A stretch of 64,000 bases of DNA from Phormidium sp. (GCA_051013385.1 CP143273.1:928001-992000); one strand, 5' to 3'. Counted from the first letter of the stretch, positions 51,043 to 60,144 are shown. Notes: generated by a model not told the origin, from the sequence alone. A program made the numbers and translations.

Positions 51043-52050
51043 ATGAATGTAAGCAAATACCGGAAACTGATTGCTAAAAAATTGAGTAATGATTTTAAAT
51101 CTGCGATCGCAATTGTAGAAGCAGATATTCCAAGTTTATCAGCAAATAAAATCCTAATTCAGAACAAATATGCTGGCATTAATGCAGGTTTTGATACATT
51201 AAGTTGTCGAGGTGAAGTTCCTTACGTTAACCTCACCCCGCCTTTTGATTTAGGAGTAGAAGCAATTGGGGAAATAGTAGCAATTGGAAGTGAGGTTAAA
51301 GATTTACAAATAGGCGATGCAGTAGCAACAATTGTCAGGGGTGGTGGATATGGAGAATATCAGGTTTTGGATGCTAAACTAGCAGTTAAAATTCGCGAAG
51401 TTAGCCCAGAAATTTTAACTTTAATGCCTACAGGTGTATCAGCTTTAGTGGCGTTAGAAAAAGTGGGAGAAATGCGAAGTAATGAAGTGGTTCTAGTTAC
51501 TGCTGCTGCTGGAGGAACGGGACATATTGCGGTACAATTGGCTAAGTTAGCGGGTAATCATGTAATTGGGATTTGTGGATCGGATGCTAAGGTAAATTTG
51601 TTGAAGGAGTTGGGGTGCGATCGACCAATCAACTACCGCCAAGAAAACCTAAATACAGTCTTAAAACAAGAATATCCCCAAGGCATTAACTTAGTATTTG
51701 AATGTGTTGGCAAACAAACATTTGATACTTGTGTAGAGAATTTAGCAGTGCGAGGAAGACTAGTAATTGTCGGGTTTATATCCGAATATTTAAATGATTT
51801 TGAGTTGGTAAATCAGCCGAGAATTTATAGTAAAATATTCTGGAAAGCTGCTTCAGTACGAGGTTTTCTCATGCCGCATTATGCAGAATTTGGGGGAGAG
51901 GTGTGCGATCGACTCCTCAACCTTTACTATTCCGGCAAAATCAAAGTAACAGTTGACCCCACCGAGTTTAAAGGATTAGAATCAATTCCAAATGCCGTAG
52001 AATACCTACTCAGTGGGAAAAACTGTGGCAAAGTAGTAGTTAGTTTTTAA
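51043..52050 (+). CDS. MDR-family NAD(P)-dependent oxidoreductase (PTGR3/ZADH2-like)
   Basis: YAGINA, PPFDLGVE, TAAAGGTG and GKNCGKVVV. Confidence 0.9.
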   Translation: MNVSKYRKLIAKKLSNDFKSAIAIVEADIPSLSANKILIQNKYAGINAGFDTLSCRGEVPYVNLTPPFDLGVEAIGEIVAIGSEVKDLQIGDAVATIVRGGGYGEYQVLDAKLAVKIREVSPEILTLMPTGVSALVALEKVGEMRSNEVVLVTAAAGGTGHIAVQLAKLAGNHVIGICGSDAKVNLLKELGCDRPINYRQENLNTVLKQEYPQGINLVFECVGKQTFDTCVENLAVRGRLVIVGFISEYLNDFELVNQPRIYSKIFWKAASVRGFLMPHYAEFGGEVCDRLLNLYYSGKIKVTVDPTEFKGLESIPNAVEYLLSGKNCGKVVVSF

Positions 52051-52072
52051 TTTAAAAAACAGCATTACTTTT

Positions 52073-52471
52073 ATGACAGAACAACAGCAAAAAACATTAG
52101 AAGTTGGTCAAAAAGCATTTTTTCACCTCAGTCATGGACTGAAAACCGGAGAATGGGACGAGTTTTTAAATATGTTAACTGATGATTTTACCTTTTGGTT
52201 TCCAATGGGAAAATATCACGGATTAAACAGCGGTAAACCGACAGCCAAAGAATTTTTAGAATACGTTTCTCAATCCTTCGCTGAAGGGCTTTCTATCACT
52301 TCTGTAGAACGAGTAACTAGTAGCGATACAACAGTTGTTTTCGAGTTTCGAGACGAAGGGAAATTACTAGGAGAACCTTATAAAAATCGAGTTGCAGCTT
52401 CTTTCGATATTCGGGGAGATAAAATTTGTGGATATCGGGAATATTTCGGAAGTGATGGCAAATCGAATTAG
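52073..52471 (+). CDS. NTF2-like / SnoaL-like (ketosteroid-isomerase fold) protein
   Basis: LTDDFTFWFP, VVFEFRDEG, YKNRV and ICGYREYF. Confidence 0.85.
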   Translation: MTEQQQKTLEVGQKAFFHLSHGLKTGEWDEFLNMLTDDFTFWFPMGKYHGLNSGKPTAKEFLEYVSQSFAEGLSITSVERVTSSDTTVVFEFRDEGKLLGEPYKNRVAASFDIRGDKICGYREYFGSDGKSN

Positions 52472-52524
52472 GGATGGCAAAACTTCTAGATTGTCTCTAT
52501 TTAATATAGTAAATCATGGTAATG

Positions 52525-52785
52525 CTCAGATCTTGCACCAGTCCCAAAATCCGCCTGCGAATCAATTCGCTTTTCTTACAGCTAAACTCCTCTAAAGAGG
52601 ACTAAATACTTAAGATTAAAAAGTTTCCAGTCCATTTTAATGGACTTGAGCTATTAGCCCGGAAATTGATTTCCGGGCGGGCTAAAACGCAGGTGCAAGA
52701 TCTCAGTAATACATATTCTCGTTCCCAGGTTCAACCTGGGAATGAGATCTTAAGAGGTTCTACCTCCACTGCTGCAAGATCTGAG
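52525..52785. mobile_element. MITE-like element (52525-52706) plus an adjacent partial second copy (to 52785)
   Basis: CTCAGATCTTGCACC ... GGTGCAAGATCTCAG-TA with different cargo, then a CGTTCCCAGG palindrome and a TGCAAGATCTGAG end. Confidence 0.7.
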
Positions 52786-52839
52786 GAAATTTCTAATGAT
52801 ATGTCACAATTAAATCTATGAGTTTCGACCTTACACGCA

Positions 52840-54192
52840 ATGGCTTGGAACAGAGGGGATACATTAAAAGATGGTAAATACACCATCCGGGAAGTGCTGG
52901 GAAAAGGGGGTTTTGGCATCACCTATCGCGTTATAGATGAAAATGGGCGACAGTTTGCGCTGAAAACTCTCAACGATGACGCAATTGCTGAACCGAATTT
53001 TGCTAAACTGCATGAAGATTTTATGAATGAGGCGCTACGGTTAGCGAAATTTAATCATCCTCGTATTGTTAAAGTTTATAAATTACTGCAAGAAACGGTT
53101 CGGAAAAATAATTTCTTTTCTAGCATTTCCCTCTGCTGCATTTTGATGGAATATATCGAGGGAACAACTTTAGAAAAATTGGTGGAAAAGCGAGGTGCAA
53201 TACCTGAAAGAGAAGCAGTGCGATATATTCAGCAAATTGGTGAAGCTTTGACGGCGATACATAGCGAAGGTTTGCTGCATCGAGATGTGAAACCGAGTAA
53301 TATAATTTTACGCGCTACTAATTCGGAAGCGGTGTTAATTGATTTTGGCATTGCGCGAGATTTCACTGCAACTCTCTCACCGCATACAATTCTTGGTACT
53401 CTATGTTATGGAGCGCCAGAACAATTCGATCCTACAATTGCCCAGCCAAAAGAGTACACTGATGTTTATGCTTTAGCGGCAACACTTTATCATTTAGTAA
53501 CGGGTACACTGCCAACTACTGCTTTATGGAGGGCAATGAATGCGCCTTTAAAACCAGTAAAACAGATTGTACCGAGTTTGAGTGATAATCTACATAATGC
53601 AATTGTTCGAGGAATGGAATTGTTACCCCAAAAACGTCCTCAGTCGGTGCAAAGTTGGTTAAAATTATTGAGTGAAATTGAAGCGGATGATTTAAGTTCG
53701 GATAAAGGGGTAGATTATCGAAAATTGCGGGATTTATTGAAGGGAGGAAGCTGGAAAGAGGCGGATGAGGAAACACTTAAGGTAATGTTGAAGGCGGCGG
53801 GAAGGGAAAAAGAAGATTGGCTGGATGACGAGAGTATCGACAAATTCCCTTGTACGGATTTGCGTACTATCGACCAACTTTGGGTAAAATACAGTAATGG
53901 GCGCTTTGGCTTTTCGGTGCAGAAGCGCATCTGGGAAAGTGTTAGGGGTAAACCCGGTAAGTACCATTATTACAAGAAGTTTGGCGAGAAAGTAGGCTGG
54001 CTTTGTCGAGAAAAGAAAGTAGGCTGGTATGTAGAGGAAAAAAACGACTGGAAAAACTACTCAGACCTCACCTTTTCCCTAAATGCCCCTGGGGGGCATC
54101 TCCCTGCCCACTTTGGGTTTTGGGTTTTTGGGTGCCCACTTGGCACTCTCTACTACGGTGCGGTGTCTCTTCTCTCGCGTCGAGACTTATAA
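52840..54192 (+). CDS. Ser/Thr protein kinase fused to a C-terminal GUN4-like domain
   Basis: Kinase motifs GKGGFG, ALK, HRDVKPSN, DFG and APE. GUN4 motifs DYRKLRDLL, WKEADEET, DLRTIDQLWVKYSNGRFGFSVQKRIW and GHLP. Confidence 0.95.
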   Translation: MAWNRGDTLKDGKYTIREVLGKGGFGITYRVIDENGRQFALKTLNDDAIAEPNFAKLHEDFMNEALRLAKFNHPRIVKVYKLLQETVRKNNFFSSISLCCILMEYIEGTTLEKLVEKRGAIPEREAVRYIQQIGEALTAIHSEGLLHRDVKPSNIILRATNSEAVLIDFGIARDFTATLSPHTILGTLCYGAPEQFDPTIAQPKEYTDVYALAATLYHLVTGTLPTTALWRAMNAPLKPVKQIVPSLSDNLHNAIVRGMELLPQKRPQSVQSWLKLLSEIEADDLSSDKGVDYRKLRDLLKGGSWKEADEETLKVMLKAAGREKEDWLDDESIDKFPCTDLRTIDQLWVKYSNGRFGFSVQKRIWESVRGKPGKYHYYKKFGEKVGWLCREKKVGWYVEEKNDWKNYSDLTFSLNAPGGHLPAHFGFWVFGCPLGTLYYGAVSLLSRRDL

Positions 54193-54510
54193 ATTGTAAC
54201 CTATAAGGCTTTCCGAAAATTTTTAAGAATTGCAACAGAGGGAATTTCCTCGAAGCTATGAGGATTCTGGCTTTCCGAGACCTGGCACCGAGGTCGGATA
54301 ATAAGAATTAGCCTGAATAAACTTTTCTGCCACCGCTGCAATTTCCGGGTCTGTTGCTTCCCAGTTGTCAGCCCGCCTGCGAATCAATTCGCAGGCTAAT
54401 AGCGAAAGTCCGTTAAAACGGACTGAAGATTTTAGGGAAAGATAATTAAAATAGTTAGTGCGGTTTCCCTAGATATAATGATGTAGGAATTATAAACAAG
54501 TTTACTCAAT

Positions 54511-54804
54511 ATGTCAGCTAAAACACTTTCCCGCTACGTCACTCGCCATCCTGAAATATTGTCTGGTGAACCTATAATTACAGGTACAAGAACACCAGTT
54601 CGCGCCATAGTTGAAAATTGGCGGATGGGAATTAGACCAGAAGAAATTCCCCTACACCTACCTCATTTAACATTAGCACAAGTGTTTGATGCACTGAGTT
54701 TTTATATAGATAATCAGGAAGAAATTAACGATTATATTGAGCGAAATCATGTACCAGAAGAATTAATTCATCCGGCGGTAAAAGCAGCTTTGAAAAAGTT
54801 ATGA
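54511..54804 (+). CDS. DUF433 family putative antitoxin
   Basis: PEILSGEPIITGTRTPV and LTLAQVFDALSFY. Confidence 0.9.
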   Translation: MSAKTLSRYVTRHPEILSGEPIITGTRTPVRAIVENWRMGIRPEEIPLHLPHLTLAQVFDALSFYIDNQEEINDYIERNHVPEELIHPAVKAALKKL

Positions 54805-54892
54805 AGCTATTTGCTAAATGGTAATTTCCAGACTTCTGAAGATGTTTCCCACCTTTTGATAGAGTGCAAAGGAATAAACAGATAGTAAAAAT

Positions 54893-55213
54893 ATGGTAAA
54901 AATACCTTCGGCTTGGAAACCTCGCCCCATTCCTGAAAAATATAAAAAACCTCCTCTTTCTCCCCAAGAAAAAGCCAATCAGAATGCTGAAAGCGAAGCA
55001 CTTTGGCAGCGTTGTCGTCCTATATTTGAGCGAGTTCGTGATGAGTTAATGCAAACTCATTACAACTGGTACATTGTTATAGATCCGAACACTGAAGAAT
55101 ATTTCATTGAAGAAGATGAATTGGTTGTTATGCAAAAACTTCTGGAAAATCCTCCTAAAGAAGAAGCTGTGATCCGTCGTTTAAATGAAACAGGAACTTG
55201 CGGTAGTATATGA
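54893..55213 (+). CDS. Hypothetical protein (DUF5678-like partner of aspartyl protease)
   Basis: ELMQTHYNWYIVID; 4-bp ATGA overlap with the protease gene. Confidence 0.65.
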   Translation: MVKIPSAWKPRPIPEKYKKPPLSPQEKANQNAESEALWQRCRPIFERVRDELMQTHYNWYIVIDPNTEEYFIEEDELVVMQKLLENPPKEEAVIRRLNETGTCGSI

Positions 55214-55572
55214 TTGAAGGCAGGTTTGATGAAGAAGGCAAGTTACTGTTTGAAATTGGTTTAGTAACCGCTGATGGGGAAATAGTATTAACTGATGCGC
55301 TACTGGATACAGGTTTCACAGGTTGGGTAGCAATAAATAGCCAAGATTTAGATTTTGGTTGGCTGCTTGTGAAAGCTAAAGAACGCATGAAAACTGCACA
55401 AGGGGAAGCAGATTTTAAAATCTATGCAGGAGTAGTGCAAATTGATGGACAAGAGTTTACTATTCCTATTCTGGCAGGTGAAGGAATTCCTGAAATAATT
55501 ATCGGTTTGCAATGGTTAAAAACTCGACGGTTAGTAGTAGATTTTCCAACCGGAGTGCTGACGTTGGGTTAA
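55210..55572 (+). CDS. Clan AA (retropepsin-like) aspartic protease
   Basis: ALLDTGFTG and IIIGLQWL. Confidence 0.88.
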   Translation: MIEGRFDEEGKLLFEIGLVTADGEIVLTDALLDTGFTGWVAINSQDLDFGWLLVKAKERMKTAQGEADFKIYAGVVQIDGQEFTIPILAGEGIPEIIIGLQWLKTRRLVVDFPTGVLTLG

Positions 55573-55821
55573 ATTTACGAAAAATTTAGGAAATGCGATC
55601 GCCCTCCCCCCAAAAATTGATTTTAATGAGAAAAAGTTGTAATTAGTAACAAAAAATTAAAATAAGTTAACCATCTCGTAATTTTTATTATCACTAAAGT
55701 AACAACTATCAACCAATCACCGTATCATCTAATACGTTTTTTCCCAAACGATTATAGTTTCATAATCACCATAGCAATTTTTTTAAATTGCCCAAAATCA
55801 CCCATAATTCAGCAATAAATC

Positions 55822-56100
55822 ATGTCAGAACAAACCCCAGAACAACGCCAACAAGAGTACCTGAACGTCATCGATCAACTATTAAAATGCCCCAACGGAC
55901 AGGAACCAGAGGTATTAGATGCACACTTAGATTTAATCGATGAAAATTTTATCAACACAATGGTACAAGTGGCAGCAGGATTTGCACATAATAATAATCA
56001 CGAGGCAGCTAAATTTTTAGTTCATGTCGCCCGTGAATTGGCGAAACAATTGGGTTTATATCCCGAACAACCAACTGCTGCTGTTGCTAGTGAAGCATAA
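55822..56100 (+). CDS. Hypothetical protein
   Basis: 92-aa ORF with an LLKCPNGQE motif. Confidence 0.7.
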   Translation: MSEQTPEQRQQEYLNVIDQLLKCPNGQEPEVLDAHLDLIDENFINTMVQVAAGFAHNNNHEAAKFLVHVARELAKQLGLYPEQPTAAVASEA

Positions 56101-56112
56101 TTAGGGGAAGCT

Positions 56113-56433
56113 ATGACTGGGGAAGAAGCAGGAGAAATTGCTCTGGAATTTCTTATGACAGATTGGGAAATTCCGGCAGAAGATTGGGAGTGGTTTACTG
56201 TTTTGAACTCTCGCTATGTTAAAAACAGTTGGTTCGTGGTAGAAATCGGCATTGAAGGATTACCTGATAAATGGGTACTTCAGGTTTACGAACATGGAGA
56301 ATGCGACCCAAATTATACTTTTAATACTCCAATGAAACCCGGATCGGAAACTACTGAACTGGAGGAATTTCCCGAATCAGTAGCAGAGATGATCGCCAAA
56401 GAACGCAATGGCGGAATTGTAAGTGTTAACTAA
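56113..56433 (+). CDS. Hypothetical acidic protein
   Basis: 106-aa ORF with purine-rich RBS, 12 bp after the previous gene. Confidence 0.7.
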   Translation: MTGEEAGEIALEFLMTDWEIPAEDWEWFTVLNSRYVKNSWFVVEIGIEGLPDKWVLQVYEHGECDPNYTFNTPMKPGSETTELEEFPESVAEMIAKERNGGIVSVN

Positions 56434-56461
56434 ACTGGCTAGTTAAAAATATTGTCGCTTT

Positions 56462-56633
56462 GATCCCCCCTAACCCCCCTTACCAAGGGGGGAACCGGAT
56501 TCAAAGTCCCCTTAGTAAGGGGGAAACCGGATTCAAAGTCCCCTTAGTAAGGGGGAAACCGGATTCAAAGTCCCCTTAGTAAGGGGGGAACCGGATTTAA
56601 AGTCCCCCTTGTTAAGGGGGATTTAGGGGGATC
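56462..56633. repeat. Palindromic element with four internal 32-bp tandem units
   Basis: Ends GATCCCCCCTAACCCCCCTT / AAGGGGGATTTAGGGGGATC. Units beginning AACCGGATT(C/T)AAAGTCCCC start at 56493, 56525, 56557 and 56589. Confidence 0.9.
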
Positions 56634-56771
56634 GGTTGAGTTAAGTGACAATAATTTTGCTTACCAAACGATCGATCGCCAACTCTCCCCAAAAACTTGC
56701 GATGAACATTTTCCTAGTGCTACCTTCTTATAGCTAACTGGAAAAAGGAGTTATCCCAACTCAAATTCATC

Positions 56772-58793
56772 ATGAAGCGATCGCTCATCACAATTCCACT
56801 CACATTAATCCTGCTAGAATCAACCATACCCTTGGCTCTAGCCGCACCACCGAGACAACCAGACAAAACCGAAGAATGCGAACTTTTGATAGTTGGCGGG
56901 GGACTTTCTGGTTCTGCTGCGGCTTATGAAGCCTTACTCGCTGGGAGAACAGTTTGTCTAACGGAAATTACCGACTGGGTAGGCGGACAAATTTCCTCGC
57001 AAGGAACCTCTGCACTCGACGAAAAAGCCACCCAACGACGACTACTGTTTTATCCTCGCGGTTATTTAGAACTTCGCAAACGAATAGAAGAACATTATGG
57101 TAGACTCAACCCCGGAAAATGTTGGGTGAGTGAATCTTGTTTTTTCCCTTATGATGGGCACAAAATACTGTTTGATATCTTAAAAGATGCTGCCAAAAAA
57201 GGCGATGGAAAACTCAAATGGTTTCCTTCAACAGTAATTAAAGAACTCGATATTAGTTCCGATGGGAAACAAATTCAAAGTGCGATCGCAATTCAACACA
57301 AACCCGCCAAAGGTGCTCCTCCATTAAACACCCTCCCCTTATCCCGCACAATTGAAGACGCATATCGCTACGAAAATTCCCCCCAATTTGATAAAACCAT
57401 CATTCGTTTTGTTCCGAAAAAAACTAACAAATCAAATCAAAAACCTCGTCCCGCAGAGTGGTATGTAATAGAAGCCACCGAAACCGGAGAATTAATTGGT
57501 TTAGCAGACGTTCCTTACCGTTTGGGTATCGATCCTCGTTCCTATTTAGAACCTTCATCCTCCACAGAAAAAGGCGATCAATTTTGCACCCAAGGCTTCA
57601 CCTACACCTTTGCAATGGAAGCAACGGAACAGCCACAACCGCAAACAATGCCTTCATTTTATCCGCAATATGAGCCTTATTACAGTTACGAATTACCTCG
57701 TTTAGCCAGCTTCAATTTAGTATTTTCCTATCGTCGTATTTTCAGCGCCAAACCAGACCAACCATTACCAGGAGACTACAAACAATACCCCATAAATCCT
57801 GGTGATATTTCCATGCAAAACTGGACTTGGGGAAATGATTATCGTCCCGGAACTTCACAAGATAACCTCATTTATACGAGGGAACAATTGCAAGAAACCG
57901 GACAATTAAACCCCGGTGGATGGATGGGAGGACTCCGCACCGAAACCTTACGCCGAGGTGAAGAAAACGCCCTTGGTTTTTATTATTGGTTAGCCAAAGG
58001 AACCACAGATTCCCAATTAGGTGCTAACGTCAAAACACCTTATTCAAACTTGCGTTTTATCAGTGGGTTAGACTCACCAATGGGAACAGCACATGGGTTA
58101 TCCAAATATCCTTATATGCGTGAAGGAAGACGGATCATTGGTAGACCAAGTTACGGACAATCATCTGGTTTTACTGTTTGGGAAATTGACATTTCTCGGA
58201 ATAACTTCCGCCAAGAATTTTACAGTCAAAACCTTTCCCCAGAAGAGTATCGCCGTTTATGGGCAACTTTATCTGGGTTAAATGCACCTTTAGTAATAGG
58301 AGGTCAAGTATCACCAGAACAAGTGAAACCCCGATCGCGTTCTGCGATTTTTCCTGATTCAGTGGGAATTGGATTTTATGCGATCGACTTTCACCCCTGC
58401 ATGGAAAAAAGTCCCCCAGAAGCACCCGGAAATAGAGAACGAGAAGGAACAAGAAAAGGACAAGGTGGAACTTTCCCCTTTCAAGTACCTTTAAGAGCAA
58501 TGATTCCCCAAAAAATTGACAATATGTTAGTAGCAGGAAAAAGCATCGCCACCAGTCACACAGCAGCAGCAGCTTATCGCGTCCACTCCTTTGAATGGTC
58601 AGCAGGTGCAGCAGCAGGAACTACCGCCGACTTCGCTTTAAAAAATGGCGTTCTTCCCTACGAATTAGTCGATCAACTACCATCAAGAGAAGCACAATTA
58701 GAAGCATTACAACGCCGTTTAGAACAAAACAAAAACCCCGTTGCTTTCCCCAATACCTCAATTTTGAATCAATCTTGGGAAGAGTGGAAATAA
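56772..58793 (+). CDS. Exported FAD-dependent oxidoreductase
   Basis: Signal peptide, IVGGGLSG, WVGGQISSQG, PYMREGRR, IDFH and LVAGKSIA. Confidence 0.85.
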   Translation: MKRSLITIPLTLILLESTIPLALAAPPRQPDKTEECELLIVGGGLSGSAAAYEALLAGRTVCLTEITDWVGGQISSQGTSALDEKATQRRLLFYPRGYLELRKRIEEHYGRLNPGKCWVSESCFFPYDGHKILFDILKDAAKKGDGKLKWFPSTVIKELDISSDGKQIQSAIAIQHKPAKGAPPLNTLPLSRTIEDAYRYENSPQFDKTIIRFVPKKTNKSNQKPRPAEWYVIEATETGELIGLADVPYRLGIDPRSYLEPSSSTEKGDQFCTQGFTYTFAMEATEQPQPQTMPSFYPQYEPYYSYELPRLASFNLVFSYRRIFSAKPDQPLPGDYKQYPINPGDISMQNWTWGNDYRPGTSQDNLIYTREQLQETGQLNPGGWMGGLRTETLRRGEENALGFYYWLAKGTTDSQLGANVKTPYSNLRFISGLDSPMGTAHGLSKYPYMREGRRIIGRPSYGQSSGFTVWEIDISRNNFRQEFYSQNLSPEEYRRLWATLSGLNAPLVIGGQVSPEQVKPRSRSAIFPDSVGIGFYAIDFHPCMEKSPPEAPGNREREGTRKGQGGTFPFQVPLRAMIPQKIDNMLVAGKSIATSHTAAAAYRVHSFEWSAGAAAGTTADFALKNGVLPYELVDQLPSREAQLEALQRRLEQNKNPVAFPNTSILNQSWEEWK

Positions 58794-59058
58794 AGTACGT
58801 TGTTGCGCTTTAGCGCTCTTGTATAGCGCTGAAGCGCAACAACGTACCTAGTGAAACGTAACGCACCATTCGTCTAATCTAAGCTGAGTTGGATGTTTCC
58901 TAAGAGTGACTGCGCGATCGCTGATTATTCTTGGTAGCCAGCAAACTCAGCCCGACTTTGAGCAGTTAGATAATTTTTACTCAACCTCGCCCGTTGTCGA
59001 TTAATATAGATAAATAACTAGTTGTATCAATTTATTAAGTTAATTCGGGAACTGCACT

Positions 59059-59385
59059 ATGGCTCAAATACTTTCAGCAGCAATCTTTGGGATGGCAACC
59101 GCGCCGACTCAAGCTCCTGAACGCTCTAGTCAAGTTACCCGCAAGCTTTACCCCAACTACAAAATAATTGTGCTGGACGATGACTTCAACACCTTTCAGC
59201 ACGTTCATGATTGTTTGGTGAAGTATATTCCTGGGATGACGACTGAGCAAGCTTGGGAACTCACCAATCAAGTACACTATGAAGGTCAAGCTATTGTTTG
59301 GGTTGGCCCGCAAGAGCAAGCGGAACTCTACCACCAACTGTTGAGTCGCGCCGGATTAACTATGGCTCCCCTAGAAGCAGCATAA
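59059..59385 (+). CDS. clpS: ATP-dependent Clp protease adaptor
   Basis: YKIIVLDDDFNTF, VHYEGQA and AELYH. The start may be ATG 59092. Confidence 0.93.
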   Translation: MAQILSAAIFGMATAPTQAPERSSQVTRKLYPNYKIIVLDDDFNTFQHVHDCLVKYIPGMTTEQAWELTNQVHYEGQAIVWVGPQEQAELYHQLLSRAGLTMAPLEAA

Positions 59386-59389
59386 AATT

Positions 59390-59680
59390 ATGAATCATTC
59401 CCCTGGCGGTAGGTTAGTTCTCACACATTCCACCCACATTCCCGGCTTAATTGCCGTTTTGGAACGTCTCACTAAATATAATGGCATTCAAACCATTACT
59501 CCCGCAGTAATTGGGAGAGCCAAAGGACATTCCCCACGCTTGCAATTAAAAGTTTCCGTACCAATCCGAGGTGGATTTAAATTAATCGCCCGTCAGGGTA
59601 AGACCTTTCAAGAGGTTTTTATTATTACTAGTTGCCCAAAAGATGAATTAGAAACAGCAATTTTTCAAGCTATGAAATGA
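59390..59680 (+). CDS. DUF2103 family protein
   Basis: HSTHIPGL, TITPAVI, GGFKLIARQG and QEVFI. Confidence 0.85.
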   Translation: MNHSPGGRLVLTHSTHIPGLIAVLERLTKYNGIQTITPAVIGRAKGHSPRLQLKVSVPIRGGFKLIARQGKTFQEVFIITSCPKDELETAIFQAMK

Positions 59681-59773
59681 TAGCGAAAATTGCAGCTTAT
59701 CAATTGATAAGCAGACATGATATTACCTCAAATCTCGCTCCCAGCGATCGATCGCATAATAATCAAAAACAAA

Positions 59774-59809
59774 AAAAAAGCAGATTGCCAACTGACAATC
59801 TGCTTTTTT
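59774..59809. terminator. Bidirectional intrinsic terminator
   Basis: AAAAAAGCAGATTG...CAATCTGCTTTTTT between convergent genes. Confidence 0.75.
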
Positions 59810-59820
59810 AAAATGAATAA

Positions 59821-60144
59821 TTACTTTGCTACTTGTTGTAAAGAAAAGCGATGTAAAGGGAGAATAATTACACAACAAACAGTCAAAAAGTAAGAGATAG
59901 CTGCCGTTATTTGCAAACTCATTAGTAAAACATCCCAATCAGGTAATTGCAGCTTTTGAGAAAAATCAGCAACGCAATAAACTATCCAGTAAGTGAAGAT
60001 CATCAAAAATAGCGATCGCTCAGTCTCTTCCATCTCATTTGCTTGACTTTGCTTGTTACTATTAATCAACCAAAGGCCAGCAATAGAGCCAATCAAAGAA
60101 GCTAAAAGTAAATAATCATGCCAGTGCAAATTGTCGATTTGCAT
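59821..60144 (-). CDS. Hypothetical membrane protein
   Basis: 107 aa, three hydrophobic segments, AAGTAGGG upstream of the ATG. Confidence 0.7.
   Translation of the reverse strand: MQIDNLHWHDYLLLASLIGSIAGLWLINSNKQSQANEMEETERSLFLMIFTYWIVYCVADFSQKLQLPDWDVLLMSLQITAAISYFLTVCCVIILPLHRFSLQQVAK

Noticed and set aside
52840..54192. Functional link between the GUN4 domain and bchH
   Set aside because: The genes are over 30 kb apart, and kinase-GUN4 fusions are a paralog family distinct from the chelatase activator.
56493..56620. 32-bp repeats as a CRISPR array
   Set aside because: There are no spacers; this is tandem amplification inside a palindromic element.
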